From the NCBI RefSeq assembly GCF_004010195.1, contig NC_057718.1:44616143-44680142 (forward strand): a stretch of 64,000 nt of DNA. Reading direction: 5' to 3'. Positions 1-12,004 of the stretch are shown here, one piece after another. The position numbers and the translations under genes are program-made. Positions within the stretch are counted from its first letter, which is position 1; the number at the start of each line of letters is the position of its first letter. Source of the DNA: Chiloscyllium plagiosum. Lineage: Eukaryota. The notes below the pieces were generated by a model. It searched no databases. It saw only the letters and a program-made list of their open reading frames with translations, and was not told where the DNA came from.

Positions 1-530
1 CTACCTTATTTCGTGTACTTCTTGCATTGAAGTATACACACTTCAAGCCACTTTCCTGTTTACGGGCACCCTCCTTTGAGATTGATGCCATGTTCCTAAC
101 CTCCCCTACGCTCCGGTCCTGCACCCTAAAGCTACAGTCTAGGTTTCCATGCCCCTGCAGAGTTAGTTTAAACCCCCCCCAAGAGCACTACCAAACCTCC
201 CCCCAAGGATACTTGTGTCCCTCAGGTTCAGGTGTAGACCATCCTGTTTATAGAGGTCCCACCTTCCCCAGAAAGAACCCCAGTTATCCAGATACTGGAA
301 TCCCTCCCTCCTGCACCATCCCTGTAGCCACACATTTAACTGTTCTCTCTCCCTATTCCTCGACTCTCTATCACGTGGCACGGGTAACAAACCAGAGACA
401 ACAACTCTGTTAGTTCTAACTCTGAGCTTCCAACCTAGCTCCCTGAAAGCCTGCCTAACATCCTCAGCGCTCCTCCTACCTATGTCATTGGTGCCAATGT
501 GGACCACGACTTCGGGCTGCTCCCCCGAGA
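1..530 (-). mobile_element. CR1 LINE fragment, ORF1 SGNH esterase domain
   Basis: ORF 163-507 has VHIGTNDIG...VVVSGLLPVP...DGLHLN, the esterase motifs typical of CR1 ORF1. Confidence 0.88.
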
Positions 531-2550
531 GGCAGATAGTTTATAAAACATATTTGAATTCCAGTGACAAACTGAAAAATCATTCAATAAGACTTAACAA
601 TTTGGGACCTTTACTGTAACAAAAGAATTAAAAGCAACATTATTTAAACTTTATTGTAGATAATTTATACTTTAAACTACAGAAAAGAAATTAGCACATT
701 CATAAATGTTCATAATGCATCCTTAAATTCTCCTTCATGTTATAATTATAGTCCATACTATCTTTTAAGAGAGTGCTTCATTCTCCAGTGACCAGCCCAA
801 AGTGATTCTTAGCTCTGGTGGCTAGCTTCACTTTTTTTTCCTCAAAGTCTGACAACTGACTTTCACAGGGTTGGGGTGGGGTTTCGAAGGGGGCGGGGTT
901 GGGTTTAGATTGAGGAATTTTCCTTCCAGTCTTGTTTAAACCTTCATGACTTTGGCTCGTCATTCTCAACAGCAGCCCTCACTCATGTTTTGCATGATGG
1001 TTGAAAGAGGCTGCATTTTCTTTGCATGAGATGTAAGACCAACTGTCTCTACTTTTCTTCTCTCTGTCTCCGTTTATTTCAGGTTGATTTCTTTTCACAA
1101 TTTTCAGATCCTTGCAGACTGATCTTGTGAATTTCAATGTTATCTTAACAAAACCAAGTAAGCTGATATTCCATTGACAGTCTCTCAGGGTTGAGGATGA
1201 CTTGCTTCCACTTCTGCGAGGTGGGTTCTGCAGTGGCTGAATAGGCCAATCCTGGAGCCACAGACTCTGCCGTAGGTGCATCAGGTGGTATGGGAGGAGG
1301 CAGGTAGATAGGACCCTCTGGATTTCTGCTGCTTACACTTGGCTTCCATATGCCCCACTCCATGCTGCTCAAAGTGAGCAGTGATTTCACTATTTTGTGC
1401 ATTCTAGGACAAGAAATTCCTAAGTGTCAGTGGGGATGTTGCATTGGTTTAGGGAGTCTCTCAGGGTGTCCTTGTGTAGCATTTCCTCTGGCCTCCTTGA
1501 TAACTTTCCATTATAGAGCTTGAAGTAGACCATTTGTTTATTCAGTCTTGTGCTAGGCCTATGGATGATATGGCCCACCCTTTGCAGTTAGTTATCTGTG
1601 AGCAGTGCTTCAATACTGGGTATATTGGCCTGGAAGAGGAGCCCCACATTGATACTTCTATCTTACCTGTGGATTTGAAGGATTTTCCAAAATCAACACT
1701 GGTGATAACTCTCCAGGGATTTCAGGTGTCTGCTGTACATAGTCCATGTTTCCCATTCAGACAGGAGGGTAGGAAAAACAGCTATTCTGTAGACCATGAG
1801 CTTGGTGCTGGGTTTGAAGCTTAGCCTTCAAACACTGTCCATCTAGTGTCTGAGGCTGCTCTGGCACCTTGGAGTCACTGTTGGATTTCATTGTTAACAT
1901 CTGCTCACAACCAAAGGAGGCTCCCAAGATATGGGAAATGGGATTTCGATGGTCTGTATTAGCAGGAACAGGCTGGGAGAGAACCTTTGTTTCCCAGATG
2001 TACAATCTGAGGCCCATTCTTTCATACACCTTGGTGAATATGTCGATAATGGTTTACTCACACATACAGCCATCCTCTGTGTATTGCAGCCTGGTGACAG
2101 AAGTTAGGATGGTCTTGATTCTGCCCTTGAGGTGAAGGTTGTCTGTTCATCCTGTCGGTTAGCTCCACTCCAGAAGGGAGCTTCAAAGAAATGGGGTGAA
2201 TTTAATGGCAAGAAAGCTGGAGAAGAGCATTGGTGCGATGACACACACCTGATTGATCCCAGTTGATATTTGTATTGGGTCTGTACTGGAAATGTTGGTG
2301 AGGATTATGGCTTACATGTCATCATGAAGCAGATGGACAGTGGGGATGAATTTTTGCTGGCAGCTGCATTTGAGGAAGATATTCCACAATTTCTGGTGGT
2401 TAACAGAGTTAAAGATCTTTGTGAGATCTATGTCGGCCATATACCGATGTTGGTGCTATTCTCTGTGACTTTCTTGGAATTAGTGTGCACTGAAATCATG
2501 TCCATTTTATCACTAGCTGGACAGAAGTCACATTAATTCGATTTGGTTAT

Positions 2551-2774
2551 GATCTGGAGATGCTGATGTTGGACTGGGATGAACAAAGTCGGTAGTCAGA
2601 TGACACCAGTTTATAATCCAGCAGGTTTATTAAAAATCACAAGCTTTCGGAGTGCTGCTCCTTTGTCAGGTTAAATCCAGATTTCACCTGACAAAAGGAG
2701 CAGTGCTTTGAAAGTTTGTGATTTTTAATAAACCTGTTGGATGATAAATTGGTGTCATGTGACTTCTGACTTTG
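2551..2774. mobile_element. Palindromic Penelope-like element end with two inverted hammerhead-like motifs
   Basis: Arms 2584-2677 and 2680-2774 are imperfect reverse complements. Each carries CTGACAA-stem II-GAAA. Related to the PLE end at 36186-36295. Confidence 0.75.
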
Positions 2775-3130
2775 ATTTGATTAGATTTATTATTGTCACA
2801 TGTACCAAGATACAGTGGAAAATATTGCTGTGTGTGCTAACCAGACATATCATGCCTTACATAAGTACATCAGAGTAATGGAACAGAATGCAGAATATAG
2901 TGTTACAGAGAAGTGCAGAGAAAGATCAACTCTAATATATGACAGGTCTATTCATAATTCTTAAAACAGTGGGGAGGAAGCGGTTCTTGAACCTGTTCAT
3001 ACATGTTTTCAAATTTTTCAATCTTCTGCCCAATGGAAGGGGATGGCAGGGATCTTGACCATGATGGCTGCTCTCCCGAGGTAGTGGTAAGCATAGCTCG
3101 AGTCAATGGAAAGAAGGCTGGTTTTCATGA
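2775..3130 (-). mobile_element. 3' end fragment of another LINE (Rex1/Babar-like) with short tandem tail
   Basis: Begins with a gatttgattagattt tail followed by attattgtcacatgtacc, and interrupts the RTE element. Family is assigned from recall only. Confidence 0.4.
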
Positions 3131-5859
3131 TGGACTGGAATATGGTCACAATTCTCTGCAATTTCTTGTGGCTTTGGCCATAGCAGTTGCCATACCAGTG
3201 AGGAGCTCTTCACAACTGGGAGGAAAATTCTCCTGATATCCTTTTTCATGGTGGTCAATACTGAAATCCCTGTGTAATTTCCACAGTTGGACTTGACTTC
3301 TTTCTTGAAAATGGGCACAATTACAGCAGCTTGACAAGATCTCTTCATGGATGATGAGAATGCTGAGGTCATGGTTTCATGTCAAGAGTCCCTCCACCAT
3401 GAATTAATATTTCAGTGAGAGTTCCTTATGGTTTCTTTAGCTATCGGATGGCCCTTTCCACCTCATGGTGAGTTGGTGATGCACTGAGATTGCGAAAGGT
3501 AGTGTGTTGCAGGATAGTGTTGAGAGCACTTGTGTCATAGAAATCCTCAACATGCTCTCTCCAGCTGAGGTTGACTGCCTTTCGGTCTTTGATGAGCAAT
3601 TCTCTATTAAGCTGATACTACAATGAATTTCTATGGCCTGTTTACCTCTCAAAGTTAATCTCCATAGTAATATGAATCACATAGGCCTTGAATCCATGTA
3701 GAAATGCCTAACTTTGTTTTCTCTTGGAATTAAATGGACAATTTAAAGCATAAGTATTTACAAAACCCTTCTTAGCATTTGTCTGTGACCTGGAGATCGA
3801 CTGTCAGCACAGCTACCTGGGTCATTGTTTACAAGTCTGAATATCTCACCCCTTTTTCCAAATAAGGCAACCTGAGCCCTTGTTTTGCTTTTAGCAACTA
3901 AGCCACTGAAGCAACATTTTTGCCTTAGCTGTCTGATTAAATTGTTGAGTTTGATGTTCTGCTAGTGAGACAAATAAGTTAGGGCAGCTACTTGCAAGAA
4001 ACTTATCTCAATGACCTGGCATTCACTTAAAAGATGCTGAGAAGTCTGAGTTTTCTACCTATTTTATTTGCACTATGTGAAATTTAAAGCTTGTTTGGCA
4101 GCTTCAAAGAAATAAACAAAATTCTGAAACTGTAGCTTGAATTTACTATGACACTTTGCCTTTAATCAAGAACTATGTATTATTCATTTGTTTTTACGCA
4201 TTAACTACTTTGTGCTAGCAATTTATCTATCAAACAAACATCTATATTTTAAAAGAACACTGATATTCTTCTAAAAACATTTGTACTTCATAGTTTTAAT
4301 ATCTTGGAATGGTTTATGTTATTTGTAGTATTGATAGTGCTTTGTAACATTATTCTTCAACTGTTTTGTGTCGAAAGGAACATGTCATTTGTTCAAAGAA
4401 TTAAATGTCATTTTCTGGGATCCAGGAAATAAAGGTTACATTTTGTCTTCACTTCCATGTCTCTAATTACAGACACGGGGTGATCCGTGATGATCCTTAA
4501 CTTAAGGAATAGATAATTCAGACAATTCCCTAATATGATATAGGCAATACTTGGAATGAGGAATAGGAGTCACAAACTCAGAGCCTTTACTATTCTTCTG
4601 TGGTATAATTCTTCTGACACATAATTCAACATAAATACTGAATCAGAAAAAGACAGACTTTGATTGTGCTGTCAAATTTCAAGGATTCCTACATCCTTGA
4701 AGGATAAGAAAACTCCATTTTGTCTTCACTGTTTTTAAGCATTGTTTAATTAAGCTTGCACAACAAATTCTACTTGATTCATAACTACTGGCATTTACAC
4801 TTGTTAGATCAGGTACAATGAAGAACACATTTGTTACCAGTTGAGAAATGCAGACTTAGATCTCTTAAGAAAGGGGTATTAAACCTCAAAACCCTCTATT
4901 CTTACAGCTGAGTTAAAGAGACAATCCTAAAACAAGAATCCTCTAAACTTGGCATTTGTAGCAATTTATGATCCAAATTTGCAAAGCCCTGTGTTGTAAA
5001 ATTAAATATCCAAGGTTTTATTGAAAACAATCAGTGGAAAACTGTTGTGTTTGCTGTTTTATAAACTGGAGCTTCTTGTAATGTTTAATGAATAAATAAT
5101 TTAACAAAAAAAAGTAACACAACAATAATGTTAATAAGACAAAAATGCTCGAATGGGCCAAACAAGTTCAATGTGAAGATAACTTTGGATCTTTGCAAGC
5201 CTGGCAGGGAGTTGCTCCTGCTGGGAGCACATATTAAATATCCGGGTATTTGGTGTGTACTTTCTGCTAATGGTAACTTTAAATGATTTGAAATTTATGG
5301 GAAGCACACATCTAAATTTCCAATATATGCTTGCCAGTGGGCATGGATCCCTTTCAGTAGTACATTAAAACAAAATTAACCAGTATTCTCTTAGCCTTGA
5401 GCACATTGCAGCCCATTCATCTGAATGTTGACTTCCTATTTTCCTGGAGAATATTTCAAAGGGTAACTCTTCACATGCTCGGATTTTAAGCGACAACCTG
5501 CTCATTGTTTCAGCTTTCCAAAAACTCTATCTCTCATTATTCTACAGATAAACTGACCATTGTATAATATACAGCAGTTAAAATTGATTAATAGGCTACT
5601 AACTGAATTATTTTTATTAACAGATTTTTTTTATTGTAGAAGACCTAAGTCAAACATGTTTCATGAATATCATGCAACCAGATGAAATTTCCAAGCAAAA
5701 CTTGGTGGACTTACCTAAAGTCACTTCATAATAACAAATAGTCAGCGCTCAATACCAATGGGACAGCATTACAAAGTGCTTACATGTGTTTAAGGGGCAG
5801 CTTACAAGACATCTGGCAGCATTAAGCGGCCACGCAGATAATAAAGGGGCCATGCAAAG

Positions 5860-7170
5860 TGTTTAGAAGATATGATAATACTGGTGAACACTAAAAATGA
5901 TGTGGACTAATCCAGATCAGTCCACTTGGATTTGCCAAATTGATTTATTAGTAGGATATTTTGAGGACACTGCAGAATGAATCAAAAACAATTGCATCTG
6001 CTGTAGATACAAACTTTCAGAAGGTGTTTGACAAGATACTTGTCATAAAATAGTAAGTGCACTTAGCCACATTGATGGAGAGAAAGCGAAGGGTGGATGT
6101 TGAATTGATATTTTTGGAGTGTGGGATGTTGGTAGTGGGTGAGCTAGAATTTTTTTCTCGCTACATAAATGCTCTGGCAGTTAGCACAAGAGGAACAATA
6201 TTGAAATTCTACAATACCTGAAATAACTCCACAGAGGCCGATATCCCATTACCAAGTCACCCTTTATTTACATGTGAAGAGTTCTTGACATTGGTCCAGC
6301 TTCTTCAGAGCCAGTTTGCAGAGTTAACAGAACTTCTGAAACTCCTGTTGATATCTATCAGTGAGGGCTCCCTGATTAGGTCAGATTAACATCCTCAATC
6401 AAGGAACTCATACGCTATGAAGTCCACGTGGCTGACCTCGGTAAAATCACTACAGTACTAAATTGGAAGGCATAGCAAAAATGGTGGCAGATGCTTTCCA
6501 CAGAGCAAAATTGTGATATAGTGCATGTTATAACAACATTTTGAAAGGAAATATGAGTGGAATGAGGATCTTTAACAAAAGGACCTTGGGAGTGCTGATA
6601 CAAAACTTGCTGAAGAATAGGGAATGGTAAAAAAAAGGCTCATGAGATTCTGAGTTAAAAAAGTTAAAGGATTTGCATTTATATAGCAGCTTTGACAAAC
6701 ATTGAATGTCCCAATGTGGTTTACAGACAGTCAAATATTTTCAAACAGCACCTACCTCACACATGGCAGAGTCTGCAGATCACACATTGGGCTTATCAGC
6801 CATCTCCGTATAAATCAAACTGCAGTTGAAACAAGTCATCCTCAATCCCAAGGCACTGTTTAGTGAGAAAATTACTCACAGATTTGGCTATGTCTTCCAC
6901 CCCACTATTGCATAAAAGCTACAAGTTCAACAAAGATTCACTGGAAAAATATCAGAAATGGGTAGTTATACAACTAAAATAACGAGGAAGAAATGTGGGC
7001 ATTTTTCATGAAGTCAGAGAAAACTAATAGGAGAATCTAATAGAATTATAAAAATTATCAATGTTTTGTGATGACAATTGACGAAAAATTATTTTCACTG
7101 ATTAGTAAATTAGTAACAATAAGTACAAAGATTATCATTAAAATTGTGAATGGAAAGTTAACTTGCTACA
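5860..7170 (+). mobile_element. Old, highly decayed CR1 RT fragment
   Basis: Remnants such as tttcagaaggtgtttgacaag (FQKxFDK) and actaaattggaagg (TKLG-like). Confidence 0.55.
6219..6454 (-). mobile_element. Solo LTR (Ty3/Gypsy-like)
   Basis: 236 bp with TG...CA termini and AATAAA on the minus strand (~6263-6268). Flanked by atacc/gtact (decayed 5-bp TSD) and splits the CR1 KFxDDTKLG codons. Confidence 0.65.
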
Positions 7171-8179
7171 AAATGAAGAAATCAACAGGGGAGTTATAGC
7201 TGCCAAATTTGAGGATCTCCAGTGATTTCAGTGATGAAGGTGTTGAATCATATTTAGCCACAGGACATTTGTGACAGACCTTTCTCAAAAGTTTTAATTC
7301 AAGATGGCTCAATGCATGATTTAGGACTCATTAACTGCAGCCACCATTGCATCTTGGCTCCTACGCAAGAAAGATCTAGGACAATGACATTTGAACACAA
7401 TGGCTGGGTATCATGTCCCCTTTAAAACTGATCAACCGACCTTACACTCACCTGTGAAATTTTTCACAAAGGCAGACCATTGTTTTCTGCCTCCAGGTCT
7501 GCCATACACAAGTACAGATGTCAGGCTGGTTCCAGAAGCTGCACCCAGAGGCAAATGCCCTCTGCCAACTCTGACTCATCTCTGGGTAGATCATGTGGAG
7601 GTGGGAATGCATCATTTCACTGACTTAAGGTGAATATACCTTGATTTCTTCCCAATCCAACCTTTATGCCCATTTCCATGGGTATGAGAAGATTCATCTT
7701 GCTAAGTCTAATGGAATTGATAAATATTAGCGCAAATGATCGCATGTTTGAAGGAAAAATCAATAACATTACTCATTTTGATACAGCTAAAATATAATTA
7801 AAAACAATGATTAGCAAAAACAAAAAGTACATGCTACTTTATCTGCATTATATGCCAAATTAACCTTAAATTTGCTGCCTGTTAATGAAAAAGATTGATA
7901 AACACCTACTAAATCCCAACTTAGATTTGTTTCCAAAATGCCTTTATTTATGTATTTTAGGATATCTTATTAGCAAAACTACATCGATCAACTTCCCATG
8001 GATTATGGAAATTCTGTCAATTTTTTTAAGGTAACCATTGATAAATGAGTAGACAGCTCTTCAAATAATACAAAAGGCTCATCCCATTCTTTGAAGGACA
8101 ATAAATGGTCTAAGATGTGACAATTTTTATTGTTGTATAATTAATTAGTGATGAAGGGGTAGATTTTTGAAGTGAAATT

Positions 8180-9910
8180 CATAGAACATAGAACAAAGAA
8201 AAGTACAGCACAGAACAGGCCCTTTGGCCCCTGATGTTGTGCCGAGGATTATTCCTAATCTAAAATAAAATATCCTAACCACAGACTCCTCAATTCACTG
8301 CTGTCCATGTGCATGTCCAGCAGTCGCTTACATGTCCCTAATGACTCTGCCTCCACCACCGCAGCTGGCAATGCACTCCATGCATTCACAACGTTTTACG
8401 TAAAGAACCTACCTCTGACATCTCCTGTATACCTTCCTCCTAATATCTTAAAACTATGACTCCACATGCCAATCAATCCTGTCCTGAGGGAAAAGTCTCT
8501 ATCCATGCCTCTCATTACCTTGTATACCTCAATCAGATCACCTCTCTTCCTCCTTCTCTCCAGAGAGAAAAGTCAGAGCTTAGTCAACCTCTCTTCATAA
8601 GGCAAGCCCTCCAGTCCAGGCAGCATCCTGGTAAACCTTCTTTGCACCCTCTCCAAAGCCTCCGTATCTTTCCTGTAATAGGGCAACCAGACTGGGCACA
8701 ATATTCCAAGTGTGGTCTCACCAGGGACTTTTAGAGCTGTAGCAAAGCCTATTGACTCTTCAACTCAATCCCCCTGTTAATGAAAGCCAAAACACCATAT
8801 GCTTTCTTTACAACCCTAACCACTTGGGTGGCAACTTTGCTGGATCTATTAACTTGAACACCAAGATCCCTCTATTCCTCCACACTGCCAAGAATCCTGT
8901 CTTTAATCCTATATTCAGCATTCCAGTTCGACCTTCCAAAATGCATCACTTCACACTTATCCAGGTTGAACTCCATCTGCCATTTCTCAGCCCAGCTCTG
9001 CATCCTGTTTATGTCATGCTGCAGCCTGCAATAGCCCTCGATATTATCAACTGCACCTCCAATCTTTGTTCCATCGGCAAATGTACTAACCCACCCCTCA
9101 ACCTCTTCATCCAAGTTATTTATAATAACCACAAAGAGCAGAGGCCCAAGAACAGAGGCTTGCAGGACATTACTCAACACTGACCTCCATGTGGAATACT
9201 TTCCATCTACAACCTTTTGTCAGTCAACCAATTCTGAATCCAGACAGCCAAATCTCCCTGTATCCCATACCTCCTTTATGAATCTACCTACCATGGGGAA
9301 CCTGATCAAATGCCTTGTTGAAGTCCATATACACCACATCCACTGCTCCATTACTCAACACTGACCTCCATGTGGAATACTTTCCATCTACAACCACTCT
9401 CTGCCTTTTGTCAGTCAACCAATTCTGAATCCAGACAGCCAAATCTCCCTGTATCCCATACCTCCTTTATGAATCAACCTACCATGGGGAACCTGATCAA
9501 ATGCCTTGTTGAAGTCCATATACACCACATCCACTGCTCGAACTTCGTTGACCTGCCTTGTCACTTCTTCAAAGAACTCAATATGATTTGTGAGGCATGA
9601 CCTGCTCCTCACAAAGCCACGCTGAATGCTTTTAATCACACTGTGCTTTTCCAAATAGTCATAAATGCTATCACTCAGAATTCTTTCCAAAACCTTGCTG
9701 ACCATAGACGTTAGACTGACTGGTCTGTAATTGCCAGGTTATTTCCCTATTCCCCTTCTTGAAAAGAGGAACAACATTTGCCTCTCTCCAGTCCTCTGGT
9801 ACGACTCCTGTGGAGAGTGAGGAAGCAAAGATCTTAGCAACCTCCTTGCTCGTTTCCCAGAGCAACCTAGGATAAATCTAGTCTGGCTCTGGGGACTTAT
9901 CAATCTTAAC
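8180..9910 (-). mobile_element. 5'-truncated CR1 LINE (RT to 3' tail)
   Basis: Peptides [31 protein letters not shown]; (TTCTATG)n-type tail at ~8180-8200. Confidence 0.92.
9168..9539 (+). repeat. Tandem duplication (181 and 191 bp copies) inside CR1
   Basis: cattactcaacactgacctcc... starts at 9168 and 9349; copy 1 lacks actctctgcc. Confidence 0.93.
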
Positions 9911-10469
9911 AATTATTTGTCCCGAAATGAAGCCTCATGGAATTGTGGTACGCAGGCAGAGTAATTCCGATAATCGCCAACAACACAGATGCTAAGAAAT
10001 TTGACTTGTTAGTGCCTCTTTTGTAGGTGCTGCAAGTACTTAGAGCTCCAACTAGGCACCCACAGCCCACACACATGTATGTGGTAAGTTGTGCTGATGC
10101 TGCAGTAACGTAACTCTTCCTGTATGTTTGGATTTATTAAGAGCAGTTGAACATAATTCAGCAGCAGGAAGGGAGACTTCACCAGATCTATTTAAAGGGA
10201 TCATCAACAACTGGCAGGTTTTATGCAATTGATAGTCCTAGCTTTCTGCAAATGTTTGTTGTTATCTATTGATTCAACTTATAAAATTCCTGGGAGTGAT
10301 GTGTCAGATGTTGACAGGTTGTACAGACTTCTCCATGGAACAGGGTGCCATAACTTTGCCGGTGCCGCAGAGGTGTTAACATTTCTGAGAGAGATTCCAC
10401 TTCTTCAGTGTTCTGTGTGACTATGTGTAATGGCTCGTGTACATCAATGACAATTACTCTGGTAATAGG

Positions 10470-10761
10470 CATAGAATCCCTACAGGTGTGGAAAAAGGCC
10501 ATTCAGCCCATCTCCAAAGAAAGTCCCACCCAGACCCAGCCTCATACCCTATCCCTGCAACCTCGTGTTTACCATGGCTAATCCACCTAACTTGCACATC
10601 TTTGGACTGTGGGAAGAAACCAGGCATCCAGAGGAAAACCACACAGATGCAGGGAGCATGTGCAAACACTATACAGGCAGTCACCTGAGGTTGGAATTGA
10701 ACCCAGGTCCCAGGTGCTGTGAAGCACCAGTGCTAACCACTTCACCACTGAGCCACCCATA
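10470..10761 (-). mobile_element. HE1-type V-SINE
   Basis: tRNA-derived head with A and B boxes on the minus strand, V-domain (tttcttcccacagtccaaagatgtgca), CR1-like tail. Confidence 0.88.
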
Positions 10762-12004
10762 CTCATTCTGTGGCAGTCTACTGAACAAGCTGCATTTCAA
10801 CCAGTTAGACAAATTGGATGATCGTGACAATTAAACAATAACATGCTGATAATTATGTTGTGTGATTTATTTCTCAGTGACTAGCTGAAAAAAAGGATGG
10901 TGGTTGATTGGACATGTTCATTCTGGAGTTCAGTTACCAGTGGTGTGCCACAAGGATCTGTTTTAGGACCACTGCTGTTTGTCATTTTTATAAATGATCT
11001 GGATGTGGGCGTAGAAGGATGTGTTAGTAAATTTATAGAGGACACTAAGGTAGACAGAGTTGTGGATAGTGTCGAAGGACGTTGTGGGTTACAGAGATAC
11101 ATAGAAAAGATACAGAACTGGGTTGAGAAGTGGCAAATGGAGTTTAATGTGGAAAAATATGAGGTAGTTCACTTTGGAAGAAGTAACAGGAATGCAGAGT
11201 ACTGGGCAAATTCTTGGCAGTATAGATGAACAGAGAGACCTCAGTGTCCTGGTGCATAAATCCTTGAAAGTTGCAACCCAGGTTGATAGTGTTGCTAAGA
11301 AGCATAAGGTGTGTTGGGGTTGTTGGTAGGAGGATTGAGTTTTGGAGCCAGGAGGTCATGCTTCAGCTGTACATTCCAGCAACACATTTCCAGCTCATTC
11401 TGTGGCAGTCTACTGAACAAGCTGCATTTCAACCAGTTAGACAAATTGGATGATAGTGACAATTAAACAATAACATGCTGATAATTATGTTGTGTGATTT
11501 ATTTCTCAGTGACTAGCTGAAAAAAAGGATGGTGGTTGATTGGACATGTTCATCATGGAGCTCAGTTACCAGTGGTGTGCCACAAGGATCTGTTTTAGGG
11601 CCACTGCTGTTTGTCATTTTTATAAATGATCTGGATGTGGGCGTAGAAGGATGTTTAGTAAATTTATAGAGGACACTAAGGTAGACAGAGTTGTGGATAG
11701 TGTCGAAGGATGTTGTGGGTTACAGAGGTACATAGAAAAGATACAGAGCTGGGTTGAGAAGTGGCAAATGGAGTTTAATGTGGAAAAATATGAGGTAGTT
11801 CACTTTGGAAGAAGTAACAGGAATGCAGAGTACTGGGCAAATTCTTGGCAGTATAGATGAACAGAGAGACCTCAGTGTCCTGGTGCATAAATCCTTGAAA
11901 GTTGCAACCCAGGTTGATAGTGTTGCTAAGAAGCATAAGGTGTGTTGGGGTTGTTGGTAGGAGGATTGAGTTTTGGAGCCAGGAGGTCATGCTTCAGCTG
12001 TACA
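10762..12004 (+). repeat. Near-identical direct duplication, period 632 bp
   Basis: Copies 10762-11373 and 11394-12004, separated by a 20-bp spacer; duplicated ORFs are visible in the ORF track. Confidence 0.95.

Larger units (their letters stand above)
1170..3650 (-). mobile_element. Degenerate RTE-clade LINE (RT region to 3' end), interrupted by later insertions at ~2551-3130
   Basis: Minus-strand peptides AVIVPIFKKEVKSNCGNYTGIS and YERMGLRLYIWETKVL resemble RTE reverse transcriptase; many stops and frameshifts. Confidence 0.7.

Noticed and set aside
778..1281. ORFs 778-969 and 979-1281, and candidate exon 1083-1157, as protein coding
   Set aside because: No recognisable domain; the candidate exon has stops in all three frames; the longer ORF runs into RTE sequence.
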